From Hormiphora californensis (Eukaryota > Animalia > Ctenophora): DNA of 64,000 nucleotides. Shown here one piece after another: positions 54,301-64,000 of the stretch. Made by a program: the position numbers and the translations under genes. The notes under the pieces are model-generated. The model was not told the origin of the DNA, did not search any database, and saw only the letters and a list, made by a program, of their open reading frames with translations. The stretch's first letter is position 1; every line of letters begins with the position of its first letter. The DNA lies in assembly GCA_020137815.1 (NCBI GenBank), contig CM035352.1, forward strand, positions 5,952,001 to 6,016,000, written 5' to 3'.

Positions 54301-54393
54301 CTCGCACAATAACACGGGTCACTAGACTGAAATTGGAAACTAAAAAGGTTGCTTGGGAAGCTTGAGGAACACTTACATAACAGCTCGGCGCAT
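51323..54393 (-). CDS. Secreted protein: signal peptide, Thr/Glu/Ser-rich mucin-like stalk, four LDL-receptor class A repeats, no TM segment
   Basis: Exons 54393-54377, 54258-54206 ([23 protein letters not shown]), 54037-53953, 53254-52986, 52766-52673, 52281-52160, ~51943-51817, ~51745-51623 and 51441-51323. LDLa motifs [48 protein letters not shown] and [16 protein letters not shown]. Apparent 1-bp frameshift near 51925. Confidence 0.8.
53787..53995. repeat. 84-bp tandem repeat (~2.5 copies) of an exon end plus donor site
   Basis: Unit on minus strand ...CAGTAACCTCAACTGGGCCAACTGAAACACCACTACCTAC|GTAAGTGTAACC... Confidence 0.9.
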
Positions 54394-54509
54394 GTTGAAG
54401 GTAACTCAGTTGTGTGTACGCAAAATAAACTTCGGGCAAGGCTACGACAACTACTATCAAGGGCTAGGAAGACGAATCACGAGTTATGTGTTGCATGTAC
54501 CATGTGTCT

Positions 54510-54582
54510 TCTGGATCACGTGTCTGGATTGTGATTGGCCGAGAGGCACAGGAAGAGGATGACGTGATGGGGTCACGTGGCA
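54510..54582. promoter_or_regulatory. Putative promoter of the LDLa gene
   Basis: Two CACGTG boxes, a CCAAT box (ATTGG) and a TGACGT motif clustered 120-190 bp upstream of the ATG. Confidence 0.35.
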
Positions 54583-54626
54583 GCTTTTCTCTCCTGTTAT
54601 CGGGTATTGTTACTCGCCGGATGGAG

Positions 54627-54750
<124 letters not shown>

Positions 54751-55120
54751 TGGGAAAAGCTGAGAGACCGTGTGCATGTAAGAGGGTGAGAGAAGGAATT
54801 ATGCTGAGCGGATACATATATAGGTAGCATAACAAAATAAGCGAAAAGAGAAAGGAGCTGACTGACTAAGAGAAGGAGAAAGGGAGAGAGAGGGGGGTGG
54901 ATTCTAAACTGAGATGGAGGGGGGGGGGTCGGAGGAAGCGCTTGGGACCGAACATTTAATCTGGTTACAACATGTATATGGGTAGCAGCAACTACATATA
55001 GGTAGCAACGCTTCATTTAATTGCCCCCAGTTAGTGCAGACACGAGGCCAATTTCTAAAAAAGATGACGCAAAATGAAAGAAGAGAGGGGAGAAAGAGAG
55101 AGAGATTACACAGTGTGTTA

Positions 55121-57028
55121 TACCGCGTGGCCCAAATTAGTAGAGTCGATAACTACATCGACCTCTCCCAATTGTTCCAGTTTTTGTCACATCTGTTTGG
55201 AGCCTCGACACGACCTCTAAACAGGTGTTACTTTTTCACAAACTGTTTTCATCTTGGTGTAATCAGCAGTTGAAATGTTGTTAATCATAACAAAAACCCA
55301 ACTATTTTTTTTCAACTTGGGGTAAAACCATGGGTGTCAAAAGTTAGCTCTAGGTCCCCTGAGTAACCATCCGGAGACTCTAAGAGATATTTCAAGCCGT
55401 TCTCCTGTAATCATTAATCCCGGTAGAGCACATATTTGAGTATGGACGTACGTGCAATTGCCTACAACCTCAACTTTAATGTATACCGTTAATGTGCGTC
55501 TCTCTCTTTTCTCCCCCTTGAGAAAGAGTTATCTCGCGCGGCGCAACCGCACGTGCGGTTTTTCCAGAGAGAGTGAGAGACATACAATAACATGTAAACA
55601 GCCTGCCAGCGCTCACGTACGTCCGCACTGTATTTTTTTCTCCACCGTGATTAATGATTACGGGAGAACGGCTTGAAATATCTCTTAGAGTCTCCGGATG
55701 GTTACTCAGGGGACCTAGAGCTAACTTTTGACACCCATGGTTTTACCCCAAGTTGAAAAAAAATAGTTGGGTTTTTGTTATGATTAACAACATTTCAACT
55801 GCTGATTACACCAAGATGAAAACAGTTTGTGAAAAAGTAACACCTGTTTAGAGGTCGTGTCGAGGCTCCAAACAGATGTGACAAAAACTGGAACAATTGG
55901 GAGAGGTCGATGTAGTTATCGACTCTACTAAATTAAAGGGAGGGTACGTTGGCCTTCTTTTCACCCAGAAGTTTAATTTCAATCACTCTGATATTTTGAC
56001 ACAATGTCTGTATGGTTACTCATTCGAGGAATCCGAAGTTTCAGCCCTCTGGATAAAAGTTCATTTTTTTCGACCGAATGAACATTGAATGAACACCAAT
56101 ATGGGACCATATTTCGGTACCAAAGTTTCACAAATTTGGTTGGCTATCGATTTCCTTTCGAATGAGACCAGTTTGAGCTTAATTGGATCACCACAAGAAT
56201 CACAGTGATCCGTTTTCTAAGCGTAGGGTAAGTCATGTGATCCCCATCAAATTATGACGTGTTAGCAAGAGAGCTTACATTTTAACGGATGCTGTATCGG
56301 TACACCATCCTCATTAGCAGACGTGATACGTGATACTCGTCCGTTACACCTGCTTATTGGCACTTAGTAATGACGCTATCGTCTCATTAGGTGTCAGATG
56401 ACCAAACCTAGGGTTAGATAACTAGACACTGTGTCTCTTGTGGTGGTCCAATTGAGCTCAAATTAGTCTCGTTTGAAAGGAAATTGGTACCCGAAGGCGA
56501 CTGTGAAATTCCGGTTCCAAAAAGCATTCCTGTTTTCAAGTTCATTCAGGATTCATTCCAGTCGGAAAAATGAATTTTGAAATAGAGAGCTTAAATTCCG
56601 GCTAACATCAAAATTGATCAAGTGTAGTGGCCGTACAGATTTTTAGCGCCTGAATTTACCGATTTCTGGTCAAAACAGGTGAAAAACGATGTTTGGTAAA
56701 AAATATCATCTTTAAATAACTTATTTCACCCATTAAACTTGATTCAATTTTAATAAAAATTCAGATTGCCATTTGTTGATACTTGCTCTATTGTATGGCG
56801 GTTTTATAAAATAATAAAATCGAATTTAATCAAGAGAAAACCTCAAAAAACCCGAAAAACGAAAAATTGAGTTCATTAATGAACTTTCAATTTTTATGAT
56901 TTGAAACTTCGGATTCCTCGAATGAGTACCCATGCAGACATTGTGTCAAAATATCAGAGTGATTGAAATTAAACTTCTGGGTGAAAAGAAGGCCAACGTA
57001 CCCTCCCTTTAATTTGGGCCACGCGGTA
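55121..57028. mobile_element. Tc1/mariner-type non-autonomous element with ~125-bp TIRs and a TA TSD
   Basis: TA|TACCGCGTGGCCCAAAT...TAAAGGGAGGGTACG matches the reverse complement at 56902-57028. The left TIR is interrupted by a nested element. Confidence 0.85.
55138..55930. mobile_element. 793-bp fold-back MITE with TAGTAGAGTCGATAA termini and an AAT TSD (Academ-like)
   Basis: ~280-bp near-perfect arms; AAT|TAGTAGAGTCG ... CGACTCTACTA|AAT. The empty site is visible in the host's right TIR. Confidence 0.92.
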
Positions 57029-57798
57029 TAGCATGTTTGGATTACGTCACCAGCGTGCTTCACACCAGTCATCGCGTGATCTCCACTCACATGATACATG
57101 TAGCTTTTCAGCTATGTGTCGAATGGATGTAGCTAGTTACAAACTTAAACTATGGTATGGTATGTTTTTTGGGTAGGAGCCCATTCGATCTGTATATCAC
57201 CTTTTATACCCTTTTATTTTTCCATTTTACCCCTTTCCAATTTGCTATTCCACGCCCACCGTCACCGGCCCACTTCTTCCACCGCCACCCTGTCCATCAC
57301 CACTCAGGACCACTTTACTACGGTCCATTAGGTGGTTCAGAGACCATGAATAAATTTAAAACACACACGAGTGAGCCCGTGTGAGTTGAAATACACAATC
57401 TGAGAGAGAGATAGAGGGGGGTACTGTGCGGTCTGCGAGAGAGAGCGAGATAAAAAGATGGATTGAGATAGAGGGCTCTATGAATAATTGATGTCTTTGA
57501 GCAGCCCCCTCTCTTTCTCACATACTCATTATCACCAACTACTATTAGAACTTTAACCCATATGGTTGCGAGTAGCAGGGGGCGGTAAAATGATTTTACT
57601 AAAATCTAAATCTTCAGTCTCAAGATCTCCACATCTTGTCCCTCAGCGGGCTTAGAAAGACAGCCCTACTACTAATAGCACATAGTAGTAAAAACAACCA
57701 TCTCAGACAACTTTCCCTCAGAACTCCTTCTGAAACAGGCCAGCAGCCCCTCCCACAACTTCAAGATAAAGGAACCTTATCAATCGCATAGCATATTG

Positions 57799-58039
57799 TA
57801 AAGTCGGATTTTTTGAAACTGTCGCCCCCCCCCCCTGGGTGGCGCACGAGTTTGAATTTGCGCGTCGGAAACTTGTTTTCGCTCTCACGCTTTAGTTTCT
57901 TGACCAATTTCGTCAAACCAAAGTTTTACGGACTCACAAAATTATGCTCTTTCCGATGATATGCGGTTTTTTGCTCGTGAGAGCAAGTACGACGCCGCAC
58001 GTGAAAAGGGGTGGGACAGTTTCAAAAAATCCGACTTTA
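57799..58039. mobile_element. MITE of the AAGTCGGATTTTTTGAA family
   Basis: TAAAGTCGGATTTTTTGAAACTGTC ... GACAGTTTCAAAAAATCCGACTTTA. Confidence 0.85.
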
Positions 58040-58805
58040 CTGCATTGTTCACCAAAGTTGAATTGATGTGAGAGTCACCTGCATCTGGTTTTTTTAAAGT
58101 ACTGTCTAGTTAGTAGTTTCAGTAGACACCTGCCGTCAACTAACACCATACGTCGCTCGCAATAAGGCTGCAAGTAATACCTATAAACACGCCACACGGA
58201 TATCCGGGATAATGTTGAAAGTGAATACCTGAAGTAGGAATATTCTGAGTTATATGAGTGTTTTATTATTCCATTTAATATTGAGACACTGATTATCAGG
58301 GTTATGTAATCGTATTGTCTGAAATATCCCTAGACTCTATTCTAAGCGGCATTATATGATGTCAGTTGACCGGCCGGTATACCCGAAAGTCTATAGCCTT
58401 TCGGGTCGTTATTTTAATGGCGATAAAGTGATCTATTCTTCGAACTGTTGAAAGTTAGGTCATAGATTTAGAGATGTATAATTATCGTGTATGAACTATT
58501 GATAATGATTCATGCCTCACTTCTGCAGTACGTAGTAGTGGTTTGGGTATTGTTTTCACACATCTTGCACCTCTCACTCACTTTAATTAGAGCATGATCA
58601 ACCCAATTTACTGATTGAGATGTGAGCACTAGTACCCATATATATGTCCAATTAATGAATCCTCGCTGCTTCTCCTGGGTTAATGGACTTGATGTTCAGT
58701 AGTCACGCTATTACACCGCCTCAACCCAGAATGATGAGGGAAGGCTTGATCAGATCCATGAATAAACAGACAACTCCACCAGACCCTGCAGAGAGAGAGA
58801 GAGAG

Positions 58806-58900
<95 letters not shown>

Positions 58901-59407
58901 TGAGGGTTTCACCTCTGAGAGAGACTGAGAATTATTTGCATTTAAACATATCATTAACGTATTCTCACGTTGAGGTCAGAGAACGGTTTTTGAATCTTTT
59001 GAATATTAACTGAACAGACATGGCCACTATATAAGCCAAGATACTACCGCCCCCTCATTCTCTCTGACTTGGTTTATTTGTACGGTTGTGTCCTGTCCGA
59101 TCTTTTTAAAATCTTCTTCAGCTTTCCCCGATATAGAAAATCAGGGTATTTGACCCCAATATAATACCGGGTACCCCGATTTACCGGGCAAAACCCTTTC
59201 CCCCGAGCATCTCGGTAAATCGGAGTCCGACTGTAGTGTAATTGGGTTTTTAAGAAAAGTTGGCCATGTCTGAAATGATATTGGTTTGCTCCTGGCACTT
59301 TTCGCCTACATCGGCTGATATTTGTACAGGGGTGTACCCTCAACAATTTACACACAGAATGTGACGTCACTTGTTTGCATAACTTGTTGCAGTTCCGCCT
59401 TGGCAGA

Positions 59408-59590
59408 TGGTACGACCTATTCGGGGTGTGGTACCGGTGAGGTATGATGGTACGATCCCCTCCTATATAATAACTGGGGTGTGGTACCGGTGAGGTATGA
59501 TGGTACGATCCCCTCCTATAACTGGGGTGTGGTACCGGTGAGGTATGATGGTACGACCCCCTCCTATAACTGGGGTGTGGTACCGGGGCA
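59408..59590. repeat. ~48-53 bp tandem repeat (~3.5 copies)
   Basis: GGGGTGTGGTACCGGTGAGGTATGATGGTACGATCCCCTCCTATAACT; related unit at ~59745-59785. Confidence 0.85.
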
Positions 59591-60245
59591 AGGAATGTGG
59601 GTCAAGATGTTGGTGAGAGATGGGTGATCATGATGGTGGGAGTTATGCAATGTGAAGGAGAGAGTCGGTCATTCTTTTGGATTATTTAGTAGACTTGGCT
59701 TGTTATGTTTTAGCCCATGGTGGGTGAGAGCTTGGCAGGTACGGTGGTACGACCCAATCCTATTCGGGGTGTGGTACCAGTGAGGGATGTGGGTACACGG
59801 CGTGCCCCAGGGTAGTGGTGCAAATCTTGCACCCAGAGGCACAGTCAATCGAGAGCTGGCTAGATCCAATTTATATATTGTCTGTCTGGCGGCTCCAGAC
59901 CCTGTTTTGATTTTCAAAAGTACTCTCAGATAGGGTCGGCGCCGTCAAATAGGATCGTCACGACATTTCCTTAAGATATCTTGAATCGCTTCATATTGGT
60001 CCGTATTCTTAACTTTTGAAGTTGCCTCTTTCTTGGCGAATCATACACCATTCGAATCATATATTGCAGTAATTGAACAATCATTTTTTATCTAAACACA
60101 ATACACTAACGATAATTTCACATTAGGTATTGGTTGTTGGTTTCTAGAATCGGAATTCCAAGCAGAATTATGTCGTATAGCCTGAGGATCTTGGACACGT
60201 GTGGTTTAAATTATCCTCTATGTCTCGACTAGCTCTCTCTATCTT

Positions 60246-60316
<71 letters not shown>

Positions 60317-61419
60317 CCACTCTCTCGCTCTCTCTTGCTCTCCATCTCTCCAAATCCCTCAATTTCCCTCAATTTTTGTCCGTCTAATTATGTAATCGTT
60401 GGTTGTCCACCACCGCAGAAATTGTATCCCCTGCCGCGTGCAGGGGTGCTATAGAAAGTTGCTTGTGCCGCTGACCCTGAGGGCTATAATTGAGATCAAC
60501 CGCAGAAATAAGAAAAGAACGGGGTGAAAGAGAGAGAGAGGAAAGAAAAGGAGAGATGGGAAAGGGAAAAAAAGAAACAAAAGAGAGAAGAGAAGAGAGA
60601 AAGGGGGATGGGAATATGGGAGTAGGGAAAATAGAAAGGGGGAAATTTGCACCAACCCCCGGGGAAAACCCCGGGCCCTTTTGGGGGAAAGGGGTTGGAA
60701 ATAAAGGTTTTGGGGGAAAGAAAAAAAGACCGAGATAACTATCTCTTCCTCTTCTCTCTTTTTCTTTCTTCCCTTTTTCCCCCTCCCTCTCTTTCTCTCC
60801 TTCTTTTCCTCCCCCTCTCTCTCTCTCTTTTCCCCTCTCTCCTCTCTCCCCCTCGCCCCTCTCCTCCCCCCTTTCCCCCCTTCTCCTCTCCCCTTTCCTC
60901 TCCATTTCCCCCCTCTTTTCCCCGGTTTCTCTCTCTCCCTTCCCCTCTCTCTCTCTCCTCCTCTCTCTCTCTCTCCTCTCTCTCCCGCTCCTCCCCCTCA
61001 TCGCCTCTCCCCTCTCCTCCCCCTTTTTTTTTTTTTTTTTTTTTGGGGGGGGGAAGGAGACAAAACACCGGGCGGGGGTTTTTAAGGGCCTGCCTGCACC
61101 ACTTTTGAATAAACTCGGTCTCGTGAAAAATGTTGTTAAAGCCTTCTCCGGAATTTTATCTTTCTCTGACCCCTTTCTCTCTCTCAAAATCTCCCTTCAT
61201 CCTCTCTTGCCCAAGATCTCTCACACTCTGACTTGTTTTATCTGTGATCGGGGCCCGGGGGCCAAATCGGCTCTTGCTACACCGCGGGGTTGGTTCACTG
61301 CAGCGAGATGGGGAAGAAACGGTTCCCATCTGGGCGTCCAAAAAATCTTACTCACGCTTTTCTGCTTAAAAAAAAAGCAAAAAAGGCTCTCTCTCTTTTT
61401 CTTTTCCCCTTTCCCCCTT

Positions 61420-61492
<73 letters not shown>

Positions 61493-62138
61493 TTCTTTGT
61501 AGAAAAAAAGAAACGCGGCGAGATGTTTTTTGTCAAGAAATCCCTCCCAGTTTGGCTAAATTAAAAAGATGCCTCTTCTAATGCTGAGTCAATAACAAAG
61601 AGAAAAAGATGGTGAGTGACACAGAGAAAGGGATAGCGTGAGGCAGAGAAAAGAGAACAGAGAAAGAGGATCCCAGGCTGACGTAGATTGATGGGCAAGT
61701 TGTTTTTCAATAGCTACTCTCCCACACGCGCCAACATTTACTTGACAATATACTCTGGAGCAATGTATTTTAAATAATAAAGGATGGTTAACCCTTTGAC
61801 GGCGACAGAGCATATATGCTACAGTCTATTCTAGGCGGCCTGGAAGTCCTTATGTTTTATCTAGGTGGCCCATATTTTGTCACAAGCTAGTTTTAGGGAT
61901 TATGAACCTAAAACCACGTCCAGATCAGCTCAGAAAATCAAGAAAAATTTTTTATAGCCCTTCTAAGGGGGCTAATTTCGGCCTTTTTTTAAAAACATTT
62001 CTCATTTTTTTTGTTTTTTGGGGGCACAACTAATCCTTTGAAGGAATAAAAGTGCTCGACATAACCGACCGAATGCAAAAAGCCGCATCAAAAAATATTG
62101 AAAATTGAATGAGTTATTAACATTTAAGGCGCCGTATC

Positions 62139-63896
62139 ATATATGATACTATCGCCCGTAAGGGAATTCTAGTAACAAATCTAAATTGTACAAGTTAGTG
62201 GGTGCTATGGCATAAATTTATGCTTTCATGTGGTATGTAGCTACAAAATTCTACAATCGTGAACGGTTTTTAACCAGGAAAAGAGCCCAAATTTGAGATT
62301 TGTATCATATATGATACTATCGTCCTAAGGGTAAATTCTCCTAAAACATACATAATTCGGGCTAGAAAAGGAGCTAAGAGACAAATGGGGGCACTAAAAT
62401 GTGTAGACTCATCGCATTAGTGGGGGTAGAGCACATATTTAGGTCGCTATCTGGATCCCTAATTGAGATAATTGGATAATTAGCTAATTATCTGTCCCGC
62501 GCGTGCTAATTATTCATGAAACTTTGCTCTGGGAAGGAGTTATGAGACAAAAGGGGGCACTAAAATGTGTAGAATCATTACATTAGTGGGGGTAGAGCAC
62601 ATATTTAGGTCGCTATCTGGATCCATAATTGAGATAATTGGATAATTAGCTAATTAGTTGCCCTAGAGCGCTAATAAATGAGACTAGGCGGAGTATACAA
62701 GACAAGTGAGGGCACTAAAATGTGTAAAATCATCGCCTTAGCGGGGGTAGAGCACATATCTGAGTTTCTATTCCCACTCCTAAAAGAGATAATTGGATAA
62801 TTAGCTAATTGACGGTTGCACACCGTCCACTTTTCACCAAATCCCGTGGTTTCTAGGTAATCCTGAGCTCTTTTGCTCAATCTAATGATCTTCTGACAAC
62901 GTTTTTGACTCGTTTTACACAATAGTAAAGCACTCGATACAACCCTAGACACTGCCTTAAGCTCTTTAGAACCCTCTTGCTCCATCCTAGACCTCTCATA
63001 CATCCAAGATCCAACTACAATCCTATAGAATTTTTATATCCTATTGCTCCTACAACACGTTCAACCTCTAATGTACTACAGTTTCCCATATTTATTGTTT
63101 GGACACACGGTTATAGGGGTTTAGGGATATTAGGGGATGTCAGAAGATCCTTAGATTGAGCAAAAGAGCTCAGGATTACCTAGAAACCACGGGATTTGGT
63201 GAAAAGTGGACGGTGTGCAACCGTCAATTAGCTAATTATCCAATTATCTCTTTTAGGAGTTGGAATAGAAACTCAGCTATGTGCTCTACCTCCACTAAGG
63301 CGATGATTTTACACATTTTAGTGCCCCTACTTGTCTTGGATACCCCGCAAAGTCTCATTTATTAGCGCTCCAGGGCAACTAATTAGCTAATTATCCAATT
63401 ATCTCAATTATGGATCCAGATAGCGACCTAAATATGTGCTCTACCCCCACTAATGTAATGATTCTACACATTTTAGTGCCCCCTTTTGTCTCATAACTCC
63501 TTCCCAGAGCAAAGTTTCATGAATAATTAGCACGCGCGGGACAGATAATTAGCTAATTGTCCAATTATCTCAATTAGGGATCCAGATAGCGACCTAAATA
63601 TGTGCTCTACCCCCACTAATGCGATGATTCTACACATTTTATTGCCCCCATTTGTCTCTTAGCTCCTTTTCTAGCCCGAATTATGTATGTTTTAGGAGAA
63701 TTTACCCTTAGGACGATAGTATCATATATGATACAAATCTCAAATTTGGGTTCTTTTCCTGGTAAAAACCGTTCACGATTGTAGAACTTGTAGCTAAAAA
63801 CCTCATGAAAGCATGAATTTATGCCATAACACCCACTAACTTGTACAATTTAGATTTGTTACTAGAATTCCCTTACGGACGATAGTATCATATATG
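62139..63896. mobile_element. Large fold-back with ~750-bp arms, ~170-bp subrepeats and piggyBac-like CCCTT termini at the arm ends
   Basis: 62139-62886 is the reverse complement of 63150-63896. The subrepeat CATTAGTGGGGGTAG...GATAATTGGATAATTAG is shared with the 28865-30584 element. Confidence 0.85.
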
Positions 63897-64000
63897 CTAC
63901 AGTGGGCCCAGCAAAAACTACATGTCGAAATTACAAATTTCCTTTTCGAGGCGTTTTGTGTTGATAATATCTACTTATATACGAAAAATTAGACAATTCT

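Noticed and set aside
57600-59920. Possible further minus-strand gene
   Set aside because: Only short open frames with plausible splice sites; no consistent reading frame or homology recognised.
60400-61580. 267-aa R/E/G-rich ORF and neighbours
   Set aside because: Low-complexity, homopolymer-inflated sequence between GA/CT tracts; looks like poor consensus, with no domain signal.

Overview
Eukaryotic (animal) genomic DNA with short GT-AG introns, abundant (GA)n/(CT)n tracts and dense non-autonomous DNA transposons. Several MITEs resemble repeats I recall from ctenophore (Pleurobrachia-type) sequences; the organism call is unverified. Five spliced host genes can be reconstructed: a WAVE/SCAR gene (minus, running off the left edge) head-to-head with an atypical class A GPCR; two tandem SLC4A11-like transporters with patchwork gene conversion; and a secreted mucin-stalk plus 4x LDLa protein (minus). 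Region 7.1-17.6 kb is a tandem duplication. Copy A carries three insertions (a TA-site MITE, a 3.7 kb TAGTAG-ended element and an L2-type LINE), while copy B preserves the empty sites. The LINE keeps its 5' end, is cut at the 3' end, and has an A_AAA_AAC slippery heptamer joining ORF1 to an ORF2 whose first ATG lies after the first endonuclease motif. A 10.5 kb 33-bp satellite with ~1.8-1.9 kb higher-order repeats follows and ends in a fold-back. Tandem duplications that include splice sites recur in three genes. Single-base frameshifts in otherwise intact genes and two noisy stretches suggest assembly errors.
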